A stretch of DNA of 64,000 bases from Bilabrum cf. latius (taxonomy: Eukaryota). A program made the translations under genes and the position numbers. The DNA lies in assembly GCA_965178125.1 (NCBI GenBank), contig OZ237761.1:620001-684000 (forward strand). Reading direction: 5' to 3'. Below are positions 22,793-37,268 of the stretch, piece after piece; position 1 is the first letter of the stretch; every line of letters begins with the position of its first letter. The notes below the pieces were generated by a model, which was not told where the DNA came from, searched no databases, and saw only the letters and a program-made list of their open reading frames with translations.

Positions 22793-23217
22793 AGGCGGTC
22801 ATGAAGCCGCACCTCGCCGAGGAGGAGAGCGTCCTTCTCCCGCTAATGGAGAAGAACTTCAAGGCGGAGGAGTATGCCGAGATGGTAAGCAACCAGATCC
22901 TGCCTCGGATCCAGGACAAGAGCGCTTTCGAGCTGCCGTGGATGCTGACGAACCAGCCGCCCAAGTACACCAAGCCCTTTTTGGCCGAGCTCCCCGGGCC
23001 CGTGGGCTGCTTTCTGGGCTCCTGCTGGGCGCCATGGTATGCCAGACACGTGGAGCCGCTGCTGGTGTCTGTACTAGAGCAGGACGAGGGCCAGTCTCCT
23101 CACATGTTGGGCTGCGAGTGCTTGCCATGGCTCTGCTGCGGGATGCGCCGGCTGTGCTACTGCGCAACGCCAGAGGACATCGGGACCGGGCCGAAATGGT
23201 AGGAAAGAGTCATTTGA
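22792..23217 (+). pseudogene. 3' part of a host hemerythrin/HHE-domain gene, probably interrupted by the virophage
   Basis: EAVMKPHLAEEESVLLPLM (HxxEEE motif) begins right at the junction. Reads through TAG 23200 to TGA 23215. Confidence 0.65.
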
Positions 23218-23401
23218 GGGCGGGGTAGGGTATGCAGGCTACCTCAAGGCCGGCTTGCCATACAGTTCGTGTGTTGGGCTGAGTTGACCACGCACCGCAC
23301 AGCCAATTCGGAATTTCGGATAGGGCGTTCTCTGCATACTTCAAGTTATTGGGCTCGCAACACTTGGAAAATCGCAAGATTCTGAGAATTAATAATAAGC
23401 A

Positions 23402-26400
23402 ATGACTTTTCTGGTGCGGATACTTGAAGGTGATGCGAGGATTGCGAGTATTGTCTCCTCGTTCCTCGATTGGGTTTCTCACAACAGGCTTGAAAGCTGC
23501 AGCATGCGACTCTTTACCGTCTTGAACAGCGACAAATATGCATCGAATATGTTTAACTCTGCTAGCTAGCTCCTTCGGCCCATTGGAAGTGATGTGATGC
23601 CTGATTACCAACCAGCGCTACAAAATATTTGGGCTGGCCTTCAATACAAACTCGCGATCGGCACCATGGGGAGAAATGGAGATGCAGAAACACTCCTGCA
23701 TCAATTGTTTGCCTCAAACAACCCAGAACTATTGCGGACGGTCGTACCCATACTTTCATTGTGGCTCGTAGAGCTCCCCGAGACATACCAGGCAGCCGCG
23801 GACCGAGACGCCGGATATACTGTTACCCCTGCTATATACATAGCTGGGGCTATGCATGCCGTAGCAGGCTTCCATGCAGCGACAAGGGCGGATGGTGGCT
23901 GCCAGGATTGGATCGACTTGCAGTCCCATATCAGCGATCGGACGTCAGGAACGCGGCGCTTCGTGGCCGCGCAACTTGCTTCTGCAGCTTTTACTGACGA
24001 ATGCATTGGGAGAACGGCAGCCTAGCAGCCGGTTTCTGCGAGCAGCAGAAGCCCGGAGGACGGAGCCGTGGGTTGCGAGGCGCAAGGAGGGGCGCGACGA
24101 GTTGAACTTCTCGACAGCACTCCAGTAAGTAGCGGTGGGGCTGCGGCTGCAGCTGTGACTGGTGAACATGCTGGGTACTCCACGCCCACTGCTGGCTTGT
24201 CTTCTGCTTTGGATGTCGCCAGTGTACCCTGGAGGCCGCGTGTCACGGACACGCACGCAGTACGAGCCTTGCAGCAGAAGCTGAGATCCACAAACGAGAC
24301 TCCCGAATTCCACGTCGCGTGTCCCCCGGATCCGCACCGTTACCCGCTGTTGCGCGCACCTTCGCGTGGCCCCAGATGGGTCTCCCGAGCTAGCTGTGGC
24401 AAGCCTTCTCAGATTGCAGAGCCCACCGTCGCGGAGTCGCACCCATCTGTTGGGGCTGGGTGGCAATACCGGGCGGCGGTTGCGGTTGGTCCTGACCGGC
24501 CCTCGGCTCGTGCGAGCACCAAATGGTCAGGTCAGAAAGGCTCTCAAACTTGCACGATCCACGCCGGTGGACTTATAGTGCAGAGCTGGTGCAACTACTC
24601 GAGTACGTGTGCACCGGTGCCTCCACCGCAGTATGAACAGCTGCCGGTGCCTCCAGCGATGCCGCCGCTGGCGAAAGCAGCCGCAGTATGGACCATCCGC
24701 GCCACCTCCGCGCACGCAGTGAGCAATAACCTGCGCGAAGCGGTGCTTCTACATGAGAAAAGCAAGAAATGGGAACAGGAGGAGGAAGGCCGTGCATGGC
24801 TGGGGTGGCATCAGCGGTTCTGCAGCTTCGACGCTGGCCTCATTCTCACCGAGTGCTTCAGAGCCCTTGTGCCGTTCGGGCTGTGGATGTGGATAATCGT
24901 GAAGTTTTTCTTGACGGTAGCACCGGCTACCTGCGTTCAAGTGGTGGCTAGGTAGCACCTCAACAGCGCATAGAACGGGGTGCAGCACGGCGTGCTCAGT
25001 TTCCACGATGTGAACGGCACTACGGCCGCCAGAGCACTGCATGAAGGCGTCAGCACGTGCGACGTGACTCCTAGCATAATCGGGTGGGATGGGCACGTCA
25101 ACGATGCAATATAGGTACTGGACGTCATTCTCAGTCACAGGCTGGTCCCGTGCTTGGCTCCTTTGCTCGTAGTAGTTGCACTACAGTGCCTGGGCCCTTT
25201 GGCGTCGTCGTGCTTCATTCGGCGGTGCAACTGCCATCCTGATTACCGGCGCATCGAAGGGCTACAACGTATGGCGAAGCGATACCGAGACAACTGTTCA
25301 AGTCCTTATAGTGCAGTGCTGGTGCAACTCGAGAGAGAGCAGCAGGTTCTCGCAGCGGTGCAGATGTATCTCGGGCTGGCCTTCTGTACTCAATCAGTAA
25401 GCGAATCGTTCTCACATACCTACGATCGAAAGGTACCCAAAATAGGGGATTCTGAGGAGCTGTAGTATCGTTGCTTCCTTGGGCTCACCACTGCTGGCGG
25501 AATGACCATCGCCACGACTAGCATAGCGCTGGCTGCCGCTGGATTCGTCTGGGACGCATCGCAACACGCTCTAGGATCCTGGCAGCGTGCATTGGGAGTC
25601 TCGCTTGGCGTAGCTGGTCTATGCGCCTTCCTTGTCTGGGTATACTTGGTAGTTGGATAGACGCTTTACATGCACCACATTGCCTACAAGAAGACCAGAC
25701 CTGGAGCAGCTGCAAGTTAGGCGAGCTCAGGTCTGAGGAACGAACCGCTGCTGGACGTAGCTGACGGCACAAGCCCAATGTCGCCGGGAAACTGGACACC
25801 GTTCATACCTGCTAGGCATTGCGTGCTTCTTCCACCGCTGCTTGGCCCCGTGGTTGCACTGTGTGTGGCTGGCGGCTTGCTGCTTGCCGGGTCGTATGGC
25901 CTTGTCGAGCTGAGAGCTCTAACCGTGCTCGTCAATGCATCCATCGTGGCTGGGATGGTCGGACCATCTGCGTTTCTATTCGTCAGGGCAGTCATCATTT
26001 GGATGCTAGCTCATCACCCGGGCTGGTGGGCGTGGAAGTGCTGTCTCAACGAGGCAATGGCTGCTGTCGGCAGGGGCGACGTGAGACTGAGTAGTGACAT
26101 GAAAGATCCATGCTGCTGCTGCCGTTGCCGAAACAAGAGGTAGAAAGACTCAATTGGCAGTGGAACGTACGGTTCGCTAGCAAGTACGACTGCTGATCCA
26201 GCTTAGGACTATCATCGGTCGCTGCCTTTGCTCAGCCGAGATCCCGATGCTGATCTTTTTCTCAGGCCAGGAACCGGTGCTGAGGTAGGTGTAAATACGA
26301 TAAATCACATGTTTAATGCCTTACGTTTGCATGAATATGGCTGCCAGGAGCCCTACATTGAGATCTTCCTCGCTGCAGTGCTAGGAATCGGTGCTGCAGC

Positions 26401-27667
26401 CCTGTCAATTCCCTGGGTGGTTGAGATTGAACAGCCGATGACTGCAGCCCGACGGCTCGTCGGACTCTCAGCTCTTGTTTCACTACAGATCGTTTTATTT
26501 GCTGCGCAAGTAGCACCGTGTTGGACAACTGCGTTCTGCTATGGCCCGGAATGCAGTCTCTATGCTTGCTGTCTTCCGTGTAGCACACAATCGTGCCGGG
26601 CGAGGTGCTGCCCTCCGTATGGGCGTTCGGATACCGTGAAGGCTCGGTTCGATGCAGTCGCACTTGTGTTTCGCGGTCATTTAGGCGAACGATCAAAGCG
26701 TCATGAAGTTGACACGGGCGCCCTCCGCTGCGGCCCGAAGGATCGAGTGCAGGCCTAGCATCCGGTACTGTCAGTGTATTCTGCCCAGTCTTGCACACGA
26801 ATCGAACGGGTCATATGGGATGAGATCGAGCCGACAATATCGCTGCCTTACTATAGTCGTGGACTCCAACATTTGCGGAGTGTATTTGAGCCTCGGATGG
26901 AGGCAGGTCGGCACAGCCCATTGAGGCTGTACCCAGATGTTGCCAGGCGTTCAACGACGCAGCCCAGCATTGTGCTGGCTGGCCGTTCTCGGTCGCCATT
27001 GCCGGTACTGGAGCTGTAGCCCGGCTTGTCCAGTGCTGTGGCGCTTGCCTGTAAAGGCCTGTGGGCACATATTCGGTAGGCCGTAGAAGACGGTCCTCCA
27101 AGGCTGAAGGCCTAGGTGCTGCATGCAGCCGAGCTGTTGCACTGCAAGGCCGAGTACTTGCTATTTCGGCTACCTTTCCACAAATTTGAGCTTGAATCAT
27201 ACGCTTCAGACATGAATGGTCGGGATAAGGATCTAAAGCTTGCCGTTGCAACAGGCAGTGGCTGGAGCGACTCCGACTCCGACAGTAGCAGGTCAGATGA
27301 GGGGGAGCCAGGAGCTCGCCGGCTGCCGGAGCCATGGAAAACTCGTATGAGAGCAACTCGGCATGCGTTGCAGACGATTAGCTCTCTCGCACTGGTAGTC
27401 AGAAACTTATTCGAGGAGCGGAGAGATAGCCGTAGATCACAGGCTGCGATAGCCGTGGACAGGCCATTCCGTGGGATGGATCGATCGGACTTTGAGGAGG
27501 TGGATATAAAACTAACGCAAGCACAGTCAGTTGCAATAGCAATGCTATCTGGAGTAGCCTCTCCAGACGTTGAGCGTCGCCTAGGTGGCTTGGAGTAGGC
27601 GGGTGTGATCGATGCGCCGTATCGGTAGCTGTTCAGGAGCCGCCCGTAGCTGCCGTTATCATGTTGA
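23402..27667 (+). CDS. Host orphan multi-pass membrane protein (~1421 aa)
   Basis: Seven listed ORFs share one frame and all end in TAG. Gaps read open. ATG follows TAA-TAA-TAA; ends TGA. Several hydrophobic segments. Confidence 0.7.
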
Positions 27668-28028
27668 AGAGCAGAAAAGCAGAAAGCGAGCCTGCGCTTC
27701 TTGATCCTTGTGGATGTGTCATCCTGTGCCCCTAAATGCCAGGTGATTCGAAAAACCACCTGTGGGTGGCATAGGCTTCGAATGGTTCCGGGGATCGGAT
27801 CGGATCGGATCCAGATTTTAGATTTGAGGGTCTTGCTACCCCGAGTTGCGGCTTGCTTTATTAGAACGAGAGCAACCAGGCGACCGAACAAGTCACATGG
27901 AATCCGTATTACGGATTCGCAAGAGAATCGGTGCAGTGAATTAAGAGAGATCACAAATGCCCAATGCACTGCTCAACCACATCTGAAATCGGACGACCGC
28001 GCTACGTCACGCCGTGCCGTGAATTGCG

Positions 28029-31000
28029 TCACCCTTTAGTATCCATACCCGGCTTGATCTCAGAGCTGCTTTTCTGGTCAATGGTCTTGGCCTCCTCCCA
28101 TATGCGCCCCAGAGCAGCCAGCCGGTCTCCTGGAGGAAATGCCGGTACCCTTGAATTGTCTCCGTCGGAGCACCTGCAGGCCAGGTCAGCTTCAAGCGCA
28201 ATCCGTCTGATCAAGGCCCCCAGCCTCCTCCTCCGCACCAGCACCGATGGCTGACCCAGTAGCTGTCCCGCTGCTGCCAACCTACCAAGTCCAAGAGGCA
28301 CAGACTGCGGTCCGGGCGATTGCTGCGAGTGACTGCTACCATCCCCATTCAAAGCTACTCTCCCACCCAGCTGATGCATTCCCATTCTTGAGGCATCCAG
28401 ACAGTCTTCGGACGGCGTGTACCCTGGTGGTGCGGCGTGCATTGCTAGGCACTCGTGCATGGACCGCGGCATGCCTTCGAGTACCATCCGCTGCAAAGGC
28501 TGTGGCAGGCCAGAGCCGCTGCCGAAGGGCCCAAATGTGGGCAGGTCTGCAAGAGTCAGCACAGTGACTCGGAACACCTCAAAATTGGAGGCCCGAACAC
28601 CGCCTTGTCGCGCGGTACTCTTGGTGCCCTTATCACTACCTTCATGTCTGGATCCTGCCCGGACTGCTTCGTCCAAAATATCTCTGCCGTGCCCGTCTCC
28701 CTCTAAATCGCCGTGGGCTGAGTTGAGCCGGCCCAGCAGACCACGTATGGGCTGCACCAGGATGAGCACCCTCGTGACGGCAGAGGCCAGTGCGTGCGCC
28801 GGGAACGAGGCACCAGGCCCGTCTAGGAGCACCACGCACACGTTGTCATTGCCCACGTGCCGCTGCACGTCCTGCACAGCGGCACGAGCGGGATCGAGGG
28901 TGCTGCTGCGTCGCGAAAATCCCGAGCCACTTGCAGCAGCAGCAGCAGCAGGGGCGGCGGTAACACCCTGTGATCCATCGGCCTGCCCGCCTGGTTGCTT
29001 CTTGAGCTTGGCCCGGGCAATCCACGGGCCCACGTGCACCACCATGTGCGTAAGGCTACTGTTGGCTCCGCTGGCGGCCGCTTGTCTCGACGACCAGGAC
29101 AGCACATCAAAGCCGCACTCGGGTTGCAGCCCAGCGCTGAACCCCTCCTTGCTCGGCTTGGAGGCATGACCAAGCCCCCGCGGACCCACAATGGCGTCAA
29201 ACCAGCCCGGCAGCAGCGTGTTAGTCAGAATACGCTGTGCACCAAGCCCGGACCGCTTGGTGACCGGACTTGCCCCGCCGCTGCCATCTGCGACGTCTGA
29301 TGCCACCAGCAAGCCAACGGTAACGGTAGCTGCTGCTCTCGCACGATCCAGACCACGCAGAGCTCGTTTGATCGAGCCAGGAACGGGGTCTAGGCTCAAT
29401 AGATTGATCCCATTCAGCGTCTCCGAGTGCTGCCTCGATTTTCTCTCGGAAGACTGCTCAGTAGCGGGCGGCGTATCGATGGATCGCAGAGGGACGGTGA
29501 GGGGACTGCTGCCGGGGGACTGCAACAGTTTCAGCACGCGCGGCGTATCTAGGTCCCCGCCGGGTCTAGCGTGTCCATCTAGGGCAAGCTGAGCGCCGAT
29601 GCCGCCGTCTGCCTTGCCCGCAGTGGCCATGCTAGCATCGGACCCGCTGCTGGCCCGAGCGATCTGAGCGCCAGGTGACAGCGGCTCTCTGCTGTCTCTC
29701 GATGGCTGCTCATGCAGAGCAGCCCCAGATAGAGACTTGGAACCCGAGCTCGCTGTTGTCTCGGTCCACGAAGCCGCCGCTACTCCCACGGCTCCTGCTT
29801 CTCCCGACAGCAATGGCCCCGGGTGAGTGGCTTTGCGGGGTGAAGCAGTGACATCAATCTCAGGTTTCGAATCGATGGCTCCCTAGTATGCTGGAGCAGT
29901 CTTTGAGAGGATCGATCGGCCGGGGTGGGCGCCCTGCTGCACTGCATGCTGTTCGCGCCCAACCAATGAGCCACTGTCTTCGCCTTCCTGCTGGGGACGA
30001 GGCGAGACCTGTTGTGACCTCGGCGTGATGAACTACTAGCTTTCAGATTCAGATTCAGATTCGGAGTCAGAGTCAGAGGTCCCGTCGGTTCTCCGTCCCG
30101 GGTGATGCACTCTTCCAATGCGACCCGAATGGGTGGAGTTACCCTCGTGAAATGACACTGCATCACCGTGCGGATCCCTCATGCTGTCCGGCGAAAGCAG
30201 CTGACCCGAATGGACGGACCCAGCGCCAGGCCCATGCGACTCTGGCAAGCCATCGAAGGCCACACCCTCTGACAGGATGGATGGCAGGGCATCCCCCACT
30301 CGACTGCTGCTGAAAGATGGACCGCCCACCATGTCTGCCTCGAGGCGATCGTCAAACGCAAGCCCAGATGTTCCTGGTACACTAGATCGCACCTGAAAAA
30401 GCCTCGAATCGGTCGAATTGCCCCCCGTCTATCTCATCCCCGAATTTCGCAAGACGAAAGGGCTCTGGCCGAACTCCGTCATCCGGTCGCTGTCGTCTGT
30501 CATCGCAGTCGAGGTGGCCCGGCTGGGATACCTCACAAGCTGGCTGGCTTGGGTGGGGTCGCCAGCAGCACCAAGTGGGCGCACCTCCGCTTCTCTTGTA
30601 GGCTGCAGCAGGCCTGGAATGCCCTCGATGTCGCTCTTGTTTTTCTAGGAGGCATTAGCCTCTATCTACCAGGACAGGCCGAGCTGAGTCTCGCCAGCCG
30701 CGTTGCCATTGTTGCCCCTCATGCTCTTGCCCATGTCGAGGAGCTTGCCCATGCCTCCGCTGCTTGTGCGCACAACCCCAAACCCACCCGCTGCATCGTC
30801 CTCGTCCCCAGTTTCAGAACCAGAATCGCCAAACGCTTGGAGTTGGCTACCGCCATGAATGGCCGCGACGTGAGCGGGGCTGCCAGGCGCGGCAGTCGCG
30901 AAGTCTACTGCGTGCAGATCGCTGGTTGCTGCGTCTCGTGGCGACTCAACTGGTGCGGTAACATTCGCATCGACAAGAAGTCCGCTTGATAACCCTGCCA

Positions 31001-34000
31001 CAAGAGGGATGCGGATACTGCCCGGGACGGGCTAGATAGCGAGGTCACTGCTCGGACCGGAAGGAGGAGCAGGCCGATCAGCTCCTGCCGCGGTACCTGA
31101 CCACAACAGGTCGGCTGTCCCAGTGGCCCGTCGCACAACCACCTCTCCGGATCCAACTGCTCGTCTACTGCTTGCAGAGCTTTGCGCGGACCGCAGCCTG
31201 GGCGTGGGCAAGAGTGCGAGCAGATCTCCAAGACCCAGCAGCGTTGGCTGCGGCATCAGTGGTGACATCCCACTCACGTATGCAGCAGCTGCCTGCATGG
31301 CGGCCTGATGCAGAGCAGCGGCCTAATGCTGGCCAGTCAAGACCGCGCAGGCCTGGGAACCACGGTCGCATCGCAGACACGTCGCGCCGGACACATCCCA
31401 AAGGAAGGCCCCGACGAGACCCAGCGTGTCACACAATCCGCTCGCCACGCACACTACTGGCCCGCGCCTTGCAAGCACGAGCGACTTGGACGATGCAATA
31501 CGACCTGAATTTTCAGCTCCATTCCATGCGTCGAAACCGGCCCAAGGCGATGGGTGCACCAGTGCGTTCCAGGACGATGCCTGACCCCGGGAATTGAGAT
31601 CGGTAGACCTAGGCGTCGTTGATAGCGCTTGGTACACTGCCCCGATCGCATGCGCGATATCCTTCGCATCCGAGCACGTGGTGGTCAGGTCCCGCCCGAT
31701 TGCGTTGGCAGAGGAGGTCTAGCAGCGGACAGAGCCGTCCGCTCCCCCCACCTAGTCCAGTGGTACCAGGCAGCCCATCGGCCCGAGAATCTCCGAGGCC
31801 ATTGCCACAGTGGACGACATGCTCTGCATTATCGCTCGGAGCTCGGCATCGGATCCTCGATCGACGGCCGTGTCGCGGCCCAGCTCGAGCCCGATATGGA
31901 CATCGTCGCTGCCGGTAGTCTGATCGGGGGCGGGCGGGCCAACTGGCGGTGATCCAGCACTAGCATGCTCAGCGTCACACGCGAGGCCATGAAGGAATAA
32001 GACGCAGGCGCGCAGGATGCCAGCAGCTGTGCATACTGCCTGGTGCAGGCCGTTCATCGTGGTGGAATCACCAGCGGTCCATTCACCTCTCATGTAGCTA
32101 CGAGCATCTTCCGCGGCGTCCAACGCAGCACCTGCGCACTTGGCAACACTTCCGAACAGGAGTAGCGTCCATCGGCGCGGAAATTCGGCACGGTTCACGC
32201 AGTTCAACAAATGTAAAGCAGCACTTGCTACAGCGTCGAACCCCACGAGGCAGCTATGTCGCACGATCCACGCGTCATTCACCGACAGCGTCAGCGCACA
32301 CAAAGCTTCCGTTGCCTGGCGAGCCGCATGCAGAGCCCCCAGGCATGAGATCACGTGCTTTCGCTCTGGCATGTGCTTTTCCATGCCTCGGGATGCTGCG
32401 GCGAGGCGATGCAGCGCCAAGGTCACGGAACCAGTGACTGCACTGACGGCACGAGAGGCCTGTAGCGAAGTCCCGTAGACTGGGTTTGCACAGGCAAGTG
32501 ACACTGTCAGCTGCAGACCGACCACAAGGTGGTCAAAGCTGCCGCATGGTATGGTGGACGAAAGCTGAAACCTCCACCTGGACCGGCGGGCTACCAGAGG
32601 ATCTTGAACCGGGGCTTGATCGTCGTGAGCCTCGCCTCTGCTGCTGCCGCTGGACGACGAGAAGCCCTCGGTGAGGCGTGACCCAGATTTCTGGTGACGC
32701 CGCACCAGGCTAGCCGACTTGCCTCCGAGACGAAGCCTAGGCACATGCGGACGGGCGTACCCCGCGCTGGCCCCATCACCAAGGGAGCTGGAATCCGCCG
32801 AAACGACCCTGCCTCTGGGTGCCACCAGATCAGATGCGATGGGCGAGGTTATGGCATCCAACCCGCTGCCCGTCAGCACCGATCGCACCGATGTGCTGCC
32901 GGTACCCTCACTCCCCGCTCCCTACTCGCGGGAGCCAAGCGACTCGCCTGACAGAAGGGAAGAAAGCTGCATGTCGCGGTGGGAGGGCGACTTCCGCATG
33001 CGAAACCGCTGCGCCACTGCAGCTGCCGCCGCTCTACTTTTTTGTCCAGCCCCTGCTGAAAGAGCCCTCGCTCTCAGCGCATCGATCTGATCCGACGTCC
33101 GCACATCGTCTAACCTCCTGGCAGCGACACCCAGCTGAGGCGATAGGCTCTCTCGCTGCGCAGCATCGGCCTGCAGACCGGCCACCTTGGCCCGTGCTTG
33201 CTGCGCCTTGGCGGTGATCGGCCCAACCCGCCGCCTGCTGCGGGGCACAAGCGTCGATGACCTTGTTCTCTACGCAGACCGGGACTGCTCAAGGGAGCGC
33301 AGCGCCATGGCAATTTCAGCCCGCTGGCTCGACTCGCTTGCCTGCAGCTCCTACATGGTGTCAGCCACCAGCTCCGGGGACCGGCTGCCATGCGAAGCGA
33401 TGTTCCTTGCGCGATTCGGTTGCGCGGGCGACTCATCTCGGGTTGAAGATGCAGCTGAATGCGTGCCAATACCAGCACCAGTACCAGCGTCGGCACCGGC
33501 TGCGCTGCTCGCGGATGCAAGATCGCCAGACTGCTGCAGGGACGCGAAGGAGTCGTTGCCTTCGTCAACAGTTTGCCTCGTAGCTGACACCGTGAGCCTT
33601 CTTCGTGTAGTGCGTGGAGAAGGCGACTGCGCCAGTTCCGCGGGCGTGTCCTCATCGTCGCTACCTGCCGCTGTGGCCTGACCCTCTGACCCGCTTGCGC
33701 TCGCTGACATTTCCATGCTTTCTACGATTGGTGGAAGCTCGGGGGTGCGATGGACTGCGCTGGATTCGGTGGCAGCATCAGTGTCGGCAACGCCGTGCCA
33801 GAGGGAAGCCTACCGAGGAGCTGGGGGCTACCACGGCTGCAATACCTACCCTAGGCGCTGCACGCACCCGCAGATGCTCCCAGTCACCATCCCTGCCACA
33901 GCGAGCCTCACTGCATCGCTGAATTCGACATCGCCAAGCGCTGTCCCGGAAAGAGACAGTCCCCGCAGTGCGTGCACCGTTGCTGCCAGCACCCACGGGT

Positions 34001-37000
34001 TTGTCTCTCTCTGGACCAGCTAAAGGTAGCCCTCTACCACCTCCCACATGGGTGCAACGTCTAGGCTCGGGGCGGGCGCTCCAGATCGAGGATGCTTGAC
34101 CCCCCCTTGCCAATCGTGGGAGGCCGCCCGGTCCATCATGCTCCTAGCCGACGCGCGGATTCCCCCGGGGACTGGAAATACGTTAGACTCAACAGCCACT
34201 CGATCCGTCGCGGTAGTGTCCGATGCTCCACGCACTTGGCTGCCGTAGCTCTGGCTGCTGGATCTTCTCAGCGATGGGGAACCCCGGCTTCCCTGTCCCA
34301 ACGCGCCGAGGTCTGGCGTGTGCGGGCTATCACCAGACATGACTGAAGAACCCGAGGAGGTCCTCCGGACGTGTATAGAGATCTGCACATGGGCCGGAAT
34401 GGCCAGACCGGCCGACCGATGACTGCTTCGCCTCCTCTTCCGGTCGGGCTTGCTGGTCTTGGCTGCGGCAGAGGACGAGTCCTCGTTGTCTTCGTGCTCC
34501 CAACGTGAGGACTGGCTGTCGCCACCGAGACCACGAGGAGCCGACTGCTTAGATGACCCTGCTACCACGAGCGGTGCATCGTCATCCTGCGATTCGAACG
34601 ACTGGGTCTAGGGCTTGTGACCTCGCGCGGGTGCGCCAGATGGCTCCCCCGCCGAAGACTCCGCAGGGGTAAGTTGCCTCGTCCTCACAGCGGACACGAC
34701 CATAGTCCCGGTGGAGGGCGAGATCATCGTCAAGTATCCGTCTTCGTCCGCGCTCAGCCTCCTGAGCCCTCGCAGTGCCAGCACTCTCGCATGACCGTGG
34801 GTCTGCTGCCCCAGGACCGCGGCCATTGCCGACATGAGCCTGCAGGCAAGGGTCGCCGGGACTACCTGAGTGGCACGGCCAGCGATCCAGCCGAGGCACA
34901 TGGAAGCCACAAGTCCGCAATGGTCCTCACTGGATGGACCCCCGCAGGCACTCCGGAGACTCGATACTGCCGTCTCAACAAGCGCGCTGAGCTTGTCAGA
35001 GCCGGCCTGCGCGCTGTGGGCCCCGCAAACCAGGCGCCCAACCTCGGACGAGAATAGCAGCTTTGGGACCCTGCGAGAGTACCGGCTACCCTGGGCCCAC
35101 CGGTCAGACTGCCGGCCAGCCTGCCTGCTGGGCCTTCTCTGCTCGCCGTGCTCCATGAGAGCAAGGTACACGACCACGTCCAGCGTCTCGGACGCGGCCG
35201 TGCCCGGCATTGTGGCGCAGTGAGAGGCCACTTTGGCCAGGAGGCAGAGGCCCTCTGCACGGGTGCTGGCGGAGCGATCGAATGGGACGTGCGCTAGGAC
35301 AGGCAGCAGGATCGCATCGGCTGCCTCGATGGCGTGCAGCGCCTTCCAGGCGTCCCACAGCCCGCTGAGCTGCCGCAACGTCTCGATCCTCACAGCCGCT
35401 CGCTGTTCCCTGACGTAGTACCGGCTTGCTAGCAGCTGTGCCCTGTCCACCCAGCCCGTCTTCCAAGGCAAGGCAGACTTGCTGCAGAGCCGCACAAGCA
35501 GCAGCACCACTTCGGCTGGGCAGGCATCCCGGTACAGGTCGAGCACGGCCTCGAGCTCCTGCTCCGATCCTGAGAACCTGCCTGAAGAGGCCACCGACGC
35601 CACGGTACCCACGAGTCGCACAACTGACAGAGCCAGTTCATGTCGGCTGGAGTCGGCACGGCTCGCGGCTTTGCCGCTCGTAGCCTCGACGTCTCTTCGC
35701 CCGGCCCGGCCTCGCAGGCCCCCCCCCGCGGCCTCATCATGCTTACGGGACTGCTTCTTATACACAGCCTTCCCTCCCCGTACGCCCAGGCACCATCGAC
35801 GAAGGCCACGAAGTAGACCGAGGATACCGACCCAGTGCACGGGGTCCAGCCGCTCGCCCCTCGCTCGCACCAGCATAGACAGGGCCCGCGACACTTCGAG
35901 TGCAACGGCAGGCTAGTGGCGATTGAGGGCTGCATGCAGCACCTGAAGCGCGCCCACAACGCCGATGGGCTCGACAAAAGCGGTGTGCGAGCTGTGGTGC
36001 AGCACGCCCGGTCCATACGCATCGCGAGGGGATTCCTGCTCTGCCCATGCCGCCGTGACCATCAAATACACGGCCCCGCACTGAGCGGTGACGCTTGGTT
36101 TGACCTGCTTGGCGGAGATGAGGCCGCCCATGGCAGCCTCATCACCAGGCTGTTCGGCGGGCAGCTTGCCCTGCGCAATGCTGGCGCAAGCCGCCCCCGC
36201 TGTCGCCGCCCCCGCCCCCGCGCCCGCGCCTCGCCCAAGTCCCGGCCCACTGCTCAGCATCGCTGCATAGGCGTCCCACGCAGGAGCCGATGCGCGCCGG
36301 GCGGCCAAGGCCAGGGCCTCTACCGCCACTCCGACGCAGCAGTGCCGCATCGCGATGGGCCCGGTGTCGGCTGCGGCCGCGACCAGCCGGCACACAGCCG
36401 AGCACGTGTCGCGCTCGCCTTGCGACGCCGCACGGCGTGCGATCTGCCGCACGGAGCCAAAGATGCACCGCATGACCCAGTCAGGGAATGAAGCGCTGGA
36501 ATGACGTAGAAAGACCAACGCGGTATCTAGAAACGCCCGGGGTGCCCATGCCACCCCGCAGGACTCGTGGCCAAGCTAGGCGAGGGCTGGGCCAACCTAA
36601 CTGGCGTGTGGATCTAGGCGGGTTCCATCTCTCGTGACGGCACGAAGGGCCCATAGCCGCAGGCTGATAGTAGATTTACGGAAAGAAACTAGCTCGCGCG
36701 ATGGATTATTCTGTTCAAAATCCAGCAGAGCAGCACGCTGCGGGGTTGACAACGACGACACTTGCCCCAGTAGCTCTGCGGCTCCTTGCTCTCCAAACTA
36801 GAGAACGTGCATAAACTGCATCCTCAGGCCAAATAATCTTTCAAAATGGTGCGTCAAGAGACCAAGACAACGAAATGCAAGCCTTCGATCCGATTCCCTG
36901 CGCATGAAAAGCATATTCCGCTCCAGTATGGCACCCCACAGCAGTTGAATTCGGAGATGACCAAAACTATACTTAGAAAGGGCCTCAGACTGCCTCTACA

Positions 37001-37268
37001 GCTCAACTATACGCCGCGCCGGTCTAGACGACAGTCCTAAATGCATCTGGAATACCAGCCGAGGTAGGGTCCTTCGATTTGCTGCATGCATCGACCCATC
37101 TTCCTCAAACGACCCTCGACTAGACCGTTCGTCGCCATTCGAACTAGCCCTAGAAGATTTGCTTTGCGACGACGCTGACACAGACGATGCCGACGTATTT
37201 CTCTGTCGCCTCTTAATCGTGCTTTTCTAGGCTCCATGCAAAACTGGTGGTCGATCAGTGCACTCCAT
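28029..37268 (-). CDS. Tuberin (TSC2)/RalGAP-alpha-like protein with C-terminal Rap-GAP domain (~3000 aa)
   Basis: RHVGNDNVCVV Rap-GAP motif. Tuberin-like N-terminal segments (LRLWALRAVTRDG, YYVREQRAAVRIETL). More than 10 same-frame ORFs joined by TAG; ends TGA. Not every gap was read. Confidence 0.72.
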
